Source: Coraliomargarita sp. (GTDB taxonomy: Bacteria; Verrucomicrobiota; Verrucomicrobiia; Opitutales; Coraliomargaritaceae). Taken from it: DNA of 64,000 nucleotides. Location: NCBI GenBank assembly GCA_965216325.1, contig OZ244160.1:896001-960000 (forward strand), read 5' to 3'. This document shows positions 1-9,762 of the stretch, piece by piece; position 1 is the stretch's first letter, and each line of letters begins with the position of its first letter. A program made the translations under genes and the position numbers. Under the pieces are notes generated by a model. The model saw only the letters and a program-made list of their open reading frames with translations, did not search any database and was not told the origin of the DNA.

Positions 1-489
1 TGTGAGGTGATTGTGGAAGTCTGCTTTTTCACCGAGTCGACTGCGGAGCGTTTGTTAACGCCTGACTATGATATGATTGTGGATGCGATTGATGCGACGA
101 AGCACAAGTGCTTGTTGATCGCAGAGGCGCGTCGCCGCGGCCTGAATCTGATTACTTGTGGCGGGGCCGGGGGGCGCATTGATCCGATCCGGGTGCAGAT
201 CGCAGACCTCTCACGCACGATTAATGATCCGCTGCTGCTCCAAGTGCGCAAGCGCTTGCGTCGAGAGTATGATTTTCCGCGCAAATCGCGCCAGAAGTTC
301 AAAATCGATTGCGTGTATACGGATGAGTTTCCGGTCTTCCCGCAGGAGGATGGTAGCGTGGCCTGTGAGCGTGAGGCAGGGGCTGATTATCGACTGAATT
401 GTGACCAAGGCTTTGGCTCAGCGACCTTCGTGACCGGGACCATGGGCTTCGTGCTGGCAGCCGAAGTCGTGAGGAGAATCGCCCATTAG
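1..489 (+). CDS. tcdA: ThiF-family tRNA threonylcarbamoyladenosine dehydratase (C-terminal part; 5' end outside window)
   Basis: IVDAID, CGGAGGRIDP, DPLL..VRKRLR and GFGSATFVTGTMG motifs typical of TcdA/CsdL; frame open from base 1. Confidence 0.85.
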   Translation, partial: CEVIVEVCFFTESTAERLLTPDYDMIVDAIDATKHKCLLIAEARRRGLNLITCGGAGGRIDPIRVQIADLSRTINDPLLLQVRKRLRREYDFPRKSRQKFKIDCVYTDEFPVFPQEDGSVACEREAGADYRLNCDQGFGSATFVTGTMGFVLAAEVVRRIAH

Positions 490-568
490 GCGTTAAAAAG
501 TGTTAAAGTAGAAAATTTTCTATACGTAGACTTGTGTTAGTAAGTGTAAGCACTAAACACTATATATC

Positions 569-880
569 GTGGCCGAACTCCTAAATAATCCTACATCTGT
601 CATCTGGTCCCACAGTAATCGACAATCCGACTTCTACGAACTGCCCACCGATGGTGTCGAGATGCATGAGGCATTGGAGTGGTTGCTTCAGCACTACAAG
701 GGGGTCAAACTATGGATGGGGGTGGAGACTGAAGAAGGTGCGGAACTCTATTTGACTTGTAGTCCATCATCAAGAGAGCAGGTCGTGAACAAGCTGCAAG
801 TGTTCGATGATGAGCAGTCCTTGTTTGAGGCTGTTGCCGATTCTCCTACGATTGCCAAGTCGACTGCAGTCGGCGAGTAA
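569..880 (+). CDS. hypothetical protein
   Basis: 103-aa ORF filling the intergenic gap; globular composition; no recognised motif. Confidence 0.55.
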   Translation: MAELLNNPTSVIWSHSNRQSDFYELPTDGVEMHEALEWLLQHYKGVKLWMGVETEEGAELYLTCSPSSREQVVNKLQVFDDEQSLFEAVADSPTIAKSTAVGE

Positions 881-892
881 TCGCGGTTTGGG

Positions 893-1243
893 CTAATTCC
901 GAATATTGCGGCGTATTTCAGCCAACAGCTCTTGGGGCATGTTGTTCTTACTGATACGGAAGTTGGCACTGCGGGATTTTACGTGATAGCCAAGGTGGTC
1001 GACCCGTAGTTTTTGCAGGTCACTCCAGCGAACGAAGCGTTCCGGCTTCATCGCGCGCTTAATGCTTATGCCGGAGTCGTTCCAACTGATTTTGGTGCGA
1101 CCGAAGTCTGTGAGCGTAATCGTGATCGCGCAGAGCGCAAAGAAGCCGATCCCGTAGGCCATCGTGTGATTACCAACCTTTAGGTTGATGATCAGCATCA
1201 ACCCACCTAAGGCAGCATAGATGAGTGCACGTGCAAGTTTCAC
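893..1243 (-). CDS. hypothetical membrane protein (2 TM + PH-like tail)
   Basis: two N-terminal hydrophobic segments then 'ISWNDSGISIK...VRWSDLQKL'; start overlaps pilT stop (GTGA coupling). Confidence 0.65.
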   Translation of the reverse strand: MKLARALIYAALGGLMLIINLKVGNHTMAYGIGFFALCAITITLTDFGRTKISWNDSGISIKRAMKPERFVRWSDLQKLRVDHLGYHVKSRSANFRISKNNMPQELLAEIRRNIRN

Positions 1244-2307
1244 TTTCGAGTGTGTTCGCTGCTGCTAAACTGCGCTTTATCGATCGCCTTCATGTAGGCT
1301 TCTTCTTGAGTGATCAGACCTTGTTCAAGCAGCTTACGAAGCGAGGCGTCCATAGAAATCATGCCCGATTCGCGGTTTTGATCGATAATATTGCGGATAT
1401 TTGCAAGCGAATGGCTGCGGATACAGTTGGGCAGTGAGCTATGTTGTAGCAAAATCTCATGCACTGCGATACGACCGCCGCCAACTTTTTGGCAGAGTAA
1501 TTGTGAGACGATGCCACGCAGGGACTCGGCGAGCATGATGCGTATTTGATTTTGCTCATCTGCCGGAAACGCATCGATAATGCGGTCAACCGTCTTGGTC
1601 GCATTGTTCGTGTGCAGTGTTGCAAAGACGAGCATGCCCATAGACGCACAGTTGAGCGCGAGTCGGATGGTTTCCATGTCGCGCAATTCACCAATAAGAA
1701 TGACATCAGGGTCTGCACGCATGGCACTTCTTAGGCCCTGAGCGAAGGAGTGTGTGTGTTCGGTGACTTCGCGGTGGATGACCGTGCTGTTCTTATCTGA
1801 GTGGCTAAATTCGACTGGATCTTCGATCGTGATGATCTGCTTGCTCTGGTGCTGATTGATGTGGTCGAGTGTGGCTGCAAGTGTTGTGGATTTTCCACTG
1901 CCGGTAGGTCCGGTGACCAAGACCAAGCCATCCCGATAGTTTGCGATTTGCTTTAAGCAGTCAGGCAAGCCAAGTTCTTCAATGCTGGCGATACGTGAGG
2001 GAATTTGCCGGAGCACGGTTGCGATGCCCCAGCTGTTTCTAAACAGATTCATGCGGAAGCGTGCGATACCGGGGATCTCGTGGGCGAGGTCCGCATCGCC
2101 GGATTGCGTGAAGCGTTCCCAGCGCTTTGGGGGAGTCACTTCTTTGAGCATCGACTCGAGTTGCTGGGCATCGATTGCTTGTTCGCTTAATGGGTGGATG
2201 ACGCCATCGACGCGAATCTTAGCCGGAGCTCCAACGCTTAGGTGGAGGTCGGAGCCACCACGTTCCAGCATTTCAGTTAACAATTTGTCCAATCCTCTCA
2301 TGTTCAA
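1240..2307 (-). CDS. pilT: type IV pilus retraction ATPase PilT/PilU family
   Basis: SDLHL, GPTGSGKST Walker A, TIEDPVE, RADPDVILIGELRD Walker B, ATLHT His box. Confidence 0.95.
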   Translation of the reverse strand: MNMRGLDKLLTEMLERGGSDLHLSVGAPAKIRVDGVIHPLSEQAIDAQQLESMLKEVTPPKRWERFTQSGDADLAHEIPGIARFRMNLFRNSWGIATVLRQIPSRIASIEELGLPDCLKQIANYRDGLVLVTGPTGSGKSTTLAATLDHINQHQSKQIITIEDPVEFSHSDKNSTVIHREVTEHTHSFAQGLRSAMRADPDVILIGELRDMETIRLALNCASMGMLVFATLHTNNATKTVDRIIDAFPADEQNQIRIMLAESLRGIVSQLLCQKVGGGRIAVHEILLQHSSLPNCIRSHSLANIRNIIDQNRESGMISMDASLRKLLEQGLITQEEAYMKAIDKAQFSSSEHTRK

Positions 2308-2316
2308 TGCCTTTGT

Positions 2317-3696
2317 TTAAGATGTCTCAGTGTCGTGGGTGCTCATATTCTGCTCAGCCACTGCTTGACTGATGCGGCCTTGTTCGAGCAGGGACTTAAC
2401 AGAGTCGTTCATGGTTAACATTCCGAAGCGTGTGCCTGTCTGCATGGCGTTCTCTAAGCCTGTATCTTTTGCGTCACGGATGATATTGGCGACCGCTGTG
2501 GTGTTTACCATGAGTTCGCATGCAAGTGCCACGTCATCATCGACGGACGGCATTAGCCGTTGGCAGAGGATGCCCCTGAGGGAGCCGGCAGTCATGGCAC
2601 GAATTTGATTTTGCTGGCTGGGCGGGAAGACGTCGAGCAGGCGATTCAGCGTGGAGGCAGCATCACGTGTGTGCATTGTCGCAATCACCAAGTGGCCTGT
2701 TTCTGCTGCGGTAATTGCCATTTCGATTGTTTCAAGGTCACGCATCTCACCAATCACGATAATATCGGGGTCCTCTCTGAGCGCCGACTTTAGAGCGGTG
2801 TGGAAGGACTTCGTGTGTTTACCTACCTGTCTTTGGCTGACGATGCAGTTGCTCGAATTCTGCATTACCTCGATTGGATCCTCTACCGTGATGATGTGAT
2901 CCCGGCGGGTTTGGTTGAGTTCGTTGATCAAGCTCGCGAGCGTAGTTGTTTTTCCACTACCGGTTGGGCCAGTTACTAGAATAATGCCGTTGTGATAGCT
3001 GAGTAGCTTTCGGATATTGTCAGCATTTGGAAAGCCTAGTTCTTCAAGGCTTTGGATACGGTCGGGGATGATACGATATGCGGCGGATATACCGTTCTTG
3101 TGCTCCAATAGATTGGCGCGAAAGCGCATGGTGCAGTCAGAATGCTCACAGCCGATGCTGAATGCGTAGTCTAGATCCCAGTTTTTTTCGAATTTTACAC
3201 GCTGTTCGTCGCTGAGTAGGAGCAGATTGATTCTGCGGGCGAGTGCATCCGGAAGTGGTTGCTCGCTGAGGTAAACAATTTTTCGGTGGTGACGGATGCG
3301 TGGACGTGCGCCTCCGGTTAGATGCAGGTCGCTGGCACCAATTTGCTGGCACTTAATGAATAGTTGTTCGACGGAATTACGTAAGTCATTGTCATCGAGT
3401 TGATCCAGACTTGCGAAGTCCGGGAACTCATTCGATGACGCACCTTCGTTCTTGGACGGGTCGACGCCGGGGAGCGGCGGTAAGTCAAAGCCCTCTCTGG
3501 CATTGGTAATGGCAGCGTCGACGGCGCTATTCAGGAACTCCGCATCTTGAACCCATCCGGAGTTGGTGAGTAATTGCGCACAACTATGGGCATCCATCGT
3601 CGGGTCGAGGTTCGAGGCCATGCCGCTGATTTGAGCATCGTTCAGCAGCTGATTTTCGTAACAAAAGTGGAGTAGCCAGTGGGTTTCCGAGCGCAT
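2317..3696 (-). CDS. pilT: PilT/PilU-family ATPase with about 100-aa N-terminal extension
   Basis: SDLHL, GPTGSGKTT, TVEDPIE, LREDPDIIVIGEMRD, ATMHT, AVANIIRD (AIRNLIRE-like). Confidence 0.93.
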   Translation of the reverse strand: MRSETHWLLHFCYENQLLNDAQISGMASNLDPTMDAHSCAQLLTNSGWVQDAEFLNSAVDAAITNAREGFDLPPLPGVDPSKNEGASSNEFPDFASLDQLDDNDLRNSVEQLFIKCQQIGASDLHLTGGARPRIRHHRKIVYLSEQPLPDALARRINLLLLSDEQRVKFEKNWDLDYAFSIGCEHSDCTMRFRANLLEHKNGISAAYRIIPDRIQSLEELGFPNADNIRKLLSYHNGIILVTGPTGSGKTTTLASLINELNQTRRDHIITVEDPIEVMQNSSNCIVSQRQVGKHTKSFHTALKSALREDPDIIVIGEMRDLETIEMAITAAETGHLVIATMHTRDAASTLNRLLDVFPPSQQNQIRAMTAGSLRGILCQRLMPSVDDDVALACELMVNTTAVANIIRDAKDTGLENAMQTGTRFGMLTMNDSVKSLLEQGRISQAVAEQNMSTHDTETS

Positions 3697-3768
3697 AAGT
3701 CGTAGACGGTTGTAGACTGATATATGGGAATTGTGGGGTGGGGGGGACTTGGCGAAGCATCTAGGCTG

Positions 3769-4041
3769 CTAGTTGTTTAGCGTGCCGATGGCTATAATGC
3801 TTTCAGAAACCATCCAAGCGATGGCAAGGAAGATGGCCAGTGCGAGCACCCATTTAAAATAGATGGCATATTCGCGTAGACGACGTCTTCGAGGCTGGGC
3901 TCGCCCACGGACTGAATGTTGCGATAGATAGCTGCCAAAATTGCCGTGGAATTGACCTTCACCGCCGCGTTCAGATGGCAACCGCAGGGCTGCGGCTCGT
4001 TGTGCGCGATCGTAGCGCCATCTGAAGTAAAATTTAAGCAT
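3769..4041 (-). CDS. hypothetical small membrane protein
   Basis: 90 aa, basic region followed by a single C-terminal TM helix. Confidence 0.5.
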   Translation of the reverse strand: MLKFYFRWRYDRAQRAAALRLPSERGGEGQFHGNFGSYLSQHSVRGRAQPRRRRLREYAIYFKWVLALAIFLAIAWMVSESIIAIGTLNN

Positions 4042-4146
4042 TCGGTGGAATCGAAGATCGAAATACGGTTGGACTAAAGGTTGTCATCGCGACTTTGGTT
4101 GACCAACATTCCCGAACTTTGATCCGAATCAATTTTAAATTACCCA

Positions 4147-4926
4147 ATGGCTCGAATTTCTACACAATCTATCGCACGGCTTAAGGGAAACCGCCCAATT
4201 GTTGCGGTGACTGCATACGATGCGGTGATGACTCACTTCGCTGATGCCGCGGAAGTCGACCTGATTTTGGTCGGCGATTCGGTTGGCACCACGCAACTGG
4301 GTTTCGATACCACGGTACCAGTCACTATGGAAATGATGCTGCATCACACTGCGGCGGTGACCCGTGCGCAACCGAATGCGCTCGTGGTTGCGGATATTCC
4401 ATTTGCCACTGCGCACGATGACTTTTCCACGCTCTTAAATGCTTGCCGTCGCTTGATGCAAGAAGCGGGCGCAGAGGCGATCAAGATTGAGGGCGGTATT
4501 GCGCTCGCGCCTACGATTGAGCGCCTGACATCGGCGGGGATCCCCGTGCTGGGGCATATCGGTTTGTTGCCTCAACAGTTCCATCAACTGGGAGGCTATC
4601 GCAAGTTTGGTCGCAGTGACGATGAGAAGAATATTTTGCTAAAAGATGCACTGGCGCTACAGGAGGCTGGCTGTTTCTCAATTATTTGCGAAATGATCGA
4701 GGGCACGGTTGCAGGTGCAATCGCTGCTGAATTGCAGGTCCCGTTGATCGGTATTGGCAGTGGTCCGCATTGCGATGGGCAGATTTTGGTTTCAAATGAT
4801 CTGCTTGGTTTGAACTCGGGCTACATTCCATCCTTTGCCAAGCAATATGCTCAGATTGGTGAGCAAGTGCAGCAGGCTTTTGCCGACTACGCGGCTGAAG
4901 TGCGTAGCGGAAACTTTCCCTCATGA
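4147..4926 (+). CDS. panB: 3-methyl-2-oxobutanoate hydroxymethyltransferase
   Basis: [42 protein letters not shown] motifs. Confidence 0.97.
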   Translation: MARISTQSIARLKGNRPIVAVTAYDAVMTHFADAAEVDLILVGDSVGTTQLGFDTTVPVTMEMMLHHTAAVTRAQPNALVVADIPFATAHDDFSTLLNACRRLMQEAGAEAIKIEGGIALAPTIERLTSAGIPVLGHIGLLPQQFHQLGGYRKFGRSDDEKNILLKDALALQEAGCFSIICEMIEGTVAGAIAAELQVPLIGIGSGPHCDGQILVSNDLLGLNSGYIPSFAKQYAQIGEQVQQAFADYAAEVRSGNFPS

Positions 4927-5921
4927 ATATTTGTATTTTAGGAGCGGGTGCTTGGGGCACCGCGATGGCACTTCACTTGGATCGCTGCGGACATGCGGTG
5001 ACATTAGTCCCACGCCGGTTCGAGCACGCGCTTGAGATCGCCTCGGCCCGTGAGAACCGCGACTACCTGCAGGGCTTTAAGTTGCCGCATACGATTCAGA
5101 TCGGCTGCGAGTTGGCGCCCGTGCTGATGGAGGCAGAGGTGGTCTTCCTCGCATGCCCATCGAAAGGGCTGCGTGATTTATGCCTGAATGTGGCCGATTC
5201 TCTGGAGGGTGCTTGGCAGTTGCGACTCTTCGTTGTGATGTGCAAAGGTTTAGAGTTGGAGAGCTTCAAGACGCCCAGCGAAGTGGTGCAGGAGTTTTTC
5301 CCGGATGTCGCCTGTGGCGTGCTATCGGGCCCGACCTTTGCCGGCGAAGTTGCCGAAGGTAAGCCGACTGCGGTTTCCTTGGCGATCGAGTCCAAGCTGG
5401 ATGATCCTGAGCGCTATCAGGAAGCCTTCAGCAATGCGTCCTTACGCGCGTATTTGACCAGCGATGTGAAGGGCACCGAACTCGGTGGCACGCTGAAGAA
5501 TGTGTATGCGATTGCCTCAGGTCTTTGCGATGGCCTGCAGCAGGGAGACAATGCGAAGTCTGCGCTGCTTACCCGCAGCCTGAGCGAAATGGTTCAGTTG
5601 GGGGTTCTACTTGGCGGGCAACAGTCGACTTTCTTCGGCCTGAGCGGCTTTGGTGATCTCGTTGCGACTTGCTCGGGAGCTTGGAGCCGTAACCGCACTT
5701 TTGGCCAGCACATTGGCGAGGGCCAAACACCGGCCGAAATCATTGAACGTCAAAAGACCGTTGTGGAGGGGTACCGTGCCACGCTGTGCTTGAAGCAGCT
5801 CTGTGACCAGCAGCAGATTGACGCGCCGATTCTCTCGCAAATTCATGCGATCCTTTACGAAGATAAAGAGCCAATGGCCGCGCTTCAGGCGCTGATGAGT
5901 CGCGAACTTAAAGCCGAGTAA
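4923..5921 (+). CDS. gpsA: NAD(P)H-dependent glycerol-3-phosphate dehydrogenase
   Basis: [38 protein letters not shown] motifs; ATGA overlap with panB. Confidence 0.97.
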   Translation: MNICILGAGAWGTAMALHLDRCGHAVTLVPRRFEHALEIASARENRDYLQGFKLPHTIQIGCELAPVLMEAEVVFLACPSKGLRDLCLNVADSLEGAWQLRLFVVMCKGLELESFKTPSEVVQEFFPDVACGVLSGPTFAGEVAEGKPTAVSLAIESKLDDPERYQEAFSNASLRAYLTSDVKGTELGGTLKNVYAIASGLCDGLQQGDNAKSALLTRSLSEMVQLGVLLGGQQSTFFGLSGFGDLVATCSGAWSRNRTFGQHIGEGQTPAEIIERQKTVVEGYRATLCLKQLCDQQQIDAPILSQIHAILYEDKEPMAALQALMSRELKAE

Positions 5922-5964
5922 GTTCGCACTTCCAATTTTCTACCTACTTCTTAGTTAGCTGACC

Positions 5965-6516
5965 ATGCCCGAAAATAAATACTGCAAAGTTGACCAGTCA
6001 CCGATCCACCAACGAGGCCTGTTTGCCAAGCGCGACATTAAAGAGGGCACCGATATCATCGAATACGTTGGTGAGAAAATCTCAAAAGAGGAGTCTACCC
6101 GCCGTGCATTGGCTTGGGAAGAAGAGGCCCGTAAGTCGGGCGACGGTCTGGTCTATATTTTCGAACTCGACGACGAGTGGGACATCGATGGCCGCGAGTA
6201 TGAGGATAATATCGCCAAGTATATGAACCATTCCTGTGATGGGAATTGTGAGGCAGTCAATTATGAAGCCGAGGGCGAGATCTGGATCACCGCACGTCGT
6301 GACATCAAGAAGGGTGAAGAGCTGGTCTACGATTACGGATATGATATGGAGCATTTCCTCGATCACCCTTGTGGTTGTGGCTCGGATAACTGCATCGGCT
6401 ACATCGTGCGTGAAGACCAGCGTGCCAAAGTGAAGAAGCTGCTGAAGAACAAGAAGAAGTCCAAGGGTAAGACCGCAAAGGACAGTAAGTCGTCGAAGAA
6501 GAAAAAGAAGAAGTAG
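5965..6516 (+). CDS. SET-domain protein-lysine methyltransferase with post-SET Cys cluster and Lys-rich tail
   Basis: [31 protein letters not shown]. Confidence 0.93.
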   Translation: MPENKYCKVDQSPIHQRGLFAKRDIKEGTDIIEYVGEKISKEESTRRALAWEEEARKSGDGLVYIFELDDEWDIDGREYEDNIAKYMNHSCDGNCEAVNYEAEGEIWITARRDIKKGEELVYDYGYDMEHFLDHPCGCGSDNCIGYIVREDQRAKVKKLLKNKKKSKGKTAKDSKSSKKKKKK

Positions 6517-6526
6517 GCTGTTTACC

Positions 6527-8170
6527 ATGACTGCTCCCACTAGACTTGATGTCGGCGAATCAGCGTTTCAGGAGCGTCCTGAGTTACAGAGTCATTTGGC
6601 GATCGAGAGCTTCGTTGCACTTGCACGTAAGCCGGGGCGTGTATTGGTGACGGATTGCACCCTACAGCGCCGAGAGATGAAGGCTGGCTTTTTGTTGGCA
6701 CTGGCGTGGATGCTGTCTCGCTTGATCTTGCAGAAGACCGAGAAGCAACGAGTGGGCATTGTGTTTCCTCCGGGGATCGGTGGTTACATTGCCAACCTCG
6801 CAGTCGTCCTCGCGGGCAAGGTGCCGGTTAATTTGAATTTTACGCTTGGCCGGGCCAGTGCGGAGGCGTGCTTGCGCAAGTCCGACATTGATTGCTTGCT
6901 GACCGCACAGGCGGTGAAAGCAAAGTTGCCGAATTTTCCATGGCCCGAGTCTGGCTTGATCGATGTTGTGCTTGAGTTGCAGGCCATTTCGAAGCCGAAG
7001 ACGATTGCGCTGCTTGTGGCAATCTACGCGCTGCCGGCTAAGTTGTTGGCCAAGTTACTCAAGGTTCCGAGCCAAGGTGATCGAACAGAAGCCGGTTTGC
7101 TCTTTACGAGTGGCAGCTCCGGCGAGCCCAAAGGGGTGGTGCTCACACACCGCAATATCTTGGGGAATTGCATGCAAATTGATGCCTCCGGCCTGTTGCC
7201 TGCCGATCAGAAGATCATCGCGAACCTCCCGATTTTCCATAGCTTCGGCTTCACGGTTACGCTCTGGTATCCACTGCTACGCGGCTGCGGAGTGGTCTCC
7301 CTTCCGTCGCCTTTGGAGGTTAAGAAGATCGCCGATACGATTGAAGCGGAAGGTGCCTCTGTCTTGGTAGGCACTCCAACCTTCTTTAAGCCCTATTTGA
7401 AGCGCATTGCGCCCGAGAAGTTGAAGAGCTTGCGCTATGTGATCGCTGGAGCAGAGAAGACCCCGGATGGCTTTGCAGATCATTGGGAGCAAACCTTTGG
7501 TAGCACTTATTTGGAGGGCTATGGACTCACTGAAACCTCCCCCGTGGTGAGTGTGAATCTTCCAACCGCACCTAAAGAAGGAGACTATCCCGGTGATCCC
7601 GATGTGGGGAATCGCCGTGGTTCAGTGGGACGTCTGATGCCTGGGCAGACGGCCCGTATTCTGAATCCGGATACACTCGAAGATTGGCCGATTGACGCAG
7701 TTGGGGTGTTGGCTGTCAAAGGGCCGAATGTTTTCGGCGGATATTTAGATGAACCCGAGCGCACGGCAGAGGTCATGGATGGTGAATGGTTCATTACCGG
7801 TGACTTGGCACGTATCGATGACGATGGCTTTATTTACATCGAGGGGCGCTTGTCACGTTTCTCCAAGATTGCTGGAGAGATGGTGCCGCACGGCACGGTT
7901 GAGGAGTGCTTGAATCGTGCTTTTAATCTACTGGATGCTGAAGTGCCGATGCTGGCTGTTGCCGGGCGTCCCGACGAGTCGAAGGGCGAGGCTCTGGTAT
8001 TGTTGACTGCGATTGATCTCGAATTGGATCAGGTGCGCGAGAAGCTGGCAGCCGAGGGCCTGAGCAATCTCTGGATTCCCAAAGAAATTAAACGCGTAGA
8101 AGCCATTCCGACGCTGGCGACTGGTAAGCTCGATCTAAGAGCGATTCAGGTTGCTGCGCTTGAGGGGTAA
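6527..8170 (+). CDS. AMP-binding acyl-[ACP]/CoA synthetase (Aas C-terminal domain-like)
   Basis: [44 protein letters not shown] motifs. Confidence 0.9.
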   Translation: MTAPTRLDVGESAFQERPELQSHLAIESFVALARKPGRVLVTDCTLQRREMKAGFLLALAWMLSRLILQKTEKQRVGIVFPPGIGGYIANLAVVLAGKVPVNLNFTLGRASAEACLRKSDIDCLLTAQAVKAKLPNFPWPESGLIDVVLELQAISKPKTIALLVAIYALPAKLLAKLLKVPSQGDRTEAGLLFTSGSSGEPKGVVLTHRNILGNCMQIDASGLLPADQKIIANLPIFHSFGFTVTLWYPLLRGCGVVSLPSPLEVKKIADTIEAEGASVLVGTPTFFKPYLKRIAPEKLKSLRYVIAGAEKTPDGFADHWEQTFGSTYLEGYGLTETSPVVSVNLPTAPKEGDYPGDPDVGNRRGSVGRLMPGQTARILNPDTLEDWPIDAVGVLAVKGPNVFGGYLDEPERTAEVMDGEWFITGDLARIDDDGFIYIEGRLSRFSKIAGEMVPHGTVEECLNRAFNLLDAEVPMLAVAGRPDESKGEALVLLTAIDLELDQVREKLAAEGLSNLWIPKEIKRVEAIPTLATGKLDLRAIQVAALEG

Positions 8171-8227
8171 ATTCGTAGATGACATGGGCGTTTATCAGGA
8201 GCACGGAAGTGCTATGATGATAAACTT

Positions 8228-9316
8228 ATGCAAAACCCCACATCATCTACACGGACAACTAAGAACGCACTGGGCACAGTAATCAAGCTTGGCATTGACG
8301 TGCATGCGAGCACCTACGTGGTGGTCATGAAGATCGATAGCAGCGCCCCTTCACGCGCGAAGCGCATGAAGCCTGATATCTTCCTTCGATGGATTAAGCA
8401 GCTGAGCACTCAGTGCGAGCAGTTGCAAAGTTGCTACGAGGCCGGTCCTTTTGGTTACAGCCTGCACCGCAAGCTCAAGGCGATGGGCGTGAACAACCAC
8501 GTAATCCGCCCGATCAACTGGGACACTCATGGTAAGAAGGTAAAGACCGACGCGCGTGATGCGTTGCAAATGGTCTTGAGTCTGGACGGCTATCTGCGGG
8601 GCAATGACCGCAGCTTCAGTGTCGTGCGTGTGCCCAGCGAGCAAGAAGAGCGTCACCGCAGCCTAACCCGGCAGCGTGAAAGCTTCGTCAAAGAACGTGG
8701 CCGTGCGGCCAAGCGTGGTAAGAGTCTGGGACTGTATTACGATCAACCCTTACCCAGCGGCTGGTGGAAGCCGCGCAAATGGATGCAGCTACTCGAACAG
8801 CTCGACGATTTTTTGATCAGCCTGCTGGAGCCACTGCGGTTAAACTGCCTGCACTTTAGCGAGCTAATCAGCAACATCGAAGAACGTATCGAAGCGCTCG
8901 AGCCGGAACGGGTGCTGCCTAAAGGCATGGGGGTGGTCCTCTATGAACAGATCGAACGTGAGGTCTGCAACTGGAAGCGATTCAACAACCGCAAGGCGGT
9001 CAGTTCCTTTACCGGACTGTGCCCAAGCGAAGACACTAGTGCAAATCGGCGTTTCCAGGGCTCGATCAACAAACACGGCAGTCCCCGCCTGCGGCATATG
9101 CTACAAGAGTGCGCCTGGTTATTGATCCGGTGGAATCCCGGCTACAGTGGGGTGCGTAAATGGCAGGCCAAGCTCAGCGACGAGACCACCAGTAAGGCGA
9201 CCCGCAAGAAAATTGCCGTGGCCATCGCCCGGCAGTTCGCCGTGGACTGGTGGCGCATACGCACTGGCCAATGCAGTCTCGAAGACTTCGGACTGATAAG
9301 CAGACAAAACCCATAA
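8228..9316 (+). CDS. IS110-family DEDD recombinase/transposase
   Basis: GIDVH, CYEAG, KTDARDA (D-E-D-D); FTGLCPSEDTSA...GSINKHG..RLR; AVAIARQ. Confidence 0.95.
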   Translation: MQNPTSSTRTTKNALGTVIKLGIDVHASTYVVVMKIDSSAPSRAKRMKPDIFLRWIKQLSTQCEQLQSCYEAGPFGYSLHRKLKAMGVNNHVIRPINWDTHGKKVKTDARDALQMVLSLDGYLRGNDRSFSVVRVPSEQEERHRSLTRQRESFVKERGRAAKRGKSLGLYYDQPLPSGWWKPRKWMQLLEQLDDFLISLLEPLRLNCLHFSELISNIEERIEALEPERVLPKGMGVVLYEQIEREVCNWKRFNNRKAVSSFTGLCPSEDTSANRRFQGSINKHGSPRLRHMLQECAWLLIRWNPGYSGVRKWQAKLSDETTSKATRKKIAVAIARQFAVDWWRIRTGQCSLEDFGLISRQNP

Positions 9317-9380
9317 GTCCGAACCAACGCTAAAGGCCTTCACCCTCTGATTTTAACGTTCTTTTGCAGTTTTCCTTTGT

Positions 9381-9530
9381 GCGGAGTGAGTCTGACCAAG
9401 CCCCTGTTGCCAACACAACGATTTTGTAGAATAGGCCACTTCGCCACCAAGCTTTTGAATGACCCAATGGATAGGTCATAGTGTGCTCTTCTGAGAAACA
9501 CTCAGAAACACGGATAGCAGGTTATCCCGG
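9381..9530 (+). ncRNA. putative bridge RNA/seekRNA of the IS110 element (boundaries approximate)
   Basis: two stem-closed internal loops carrying AAGCCCCTG + GTAG (target-matching) and AGGTCAT + ATAG (donor-matching) segments. Confidence 0.7.
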
Positions 9531-9651
9531 ATCATCGAAACTCCGAGGCCATGCGCGGTGGACGCTCAAAGACGATTGCAATCAAAACAAACCACTTATC
9601 TTATGTAAAAACACTCACACGCTTCTACACTCTTGACAGAAACGAACATAG

Positions 9652-9762
9652 CAGGGGCTTTGCTCGCCGTTTAGACAAGCTCAAGGCCCTGAGACTGTCG
9701 AGGGGCGGAGCCCTTCAATAGCATGTGCGCATCAGGTGCGGGTGGCGCAAGCACCACCCCTA
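9652..9762. repeat. GTAG-type REP composite interrupted by the IS110 element
   Basis: stem GGGCTTTGC/GCGGAGCCC enclosing GACAAGCTCA...TGAGACTGTC, plus terminal hairpin GGGTGGCGCAAGCACCACCCCTA. Confidence 0.65.

Larger units (their letters stand above)
8179..9651 (+). mobile_element. IS110-family (IS1111-like) insertion sequence
   Basis: transposase with short left end and about 330-bp right non-coding end; TAG at both junctions (8176-8178 and 9649-9651); imperfect subterminal IR ATGGGCGTTT (8184-8193) vs AAACGAACAT (9640-9649); removing the element restores GTAG + REP stem. Confidence 0.8.

Noticed and set aside
9633..9651. Junction promoter formed on IS110 circularisation (TTGACA at 9633)
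   Set aside because: With the inferred TAG junction no convincing -10 falls 16-18 bp downstream; left unresolved and not called.
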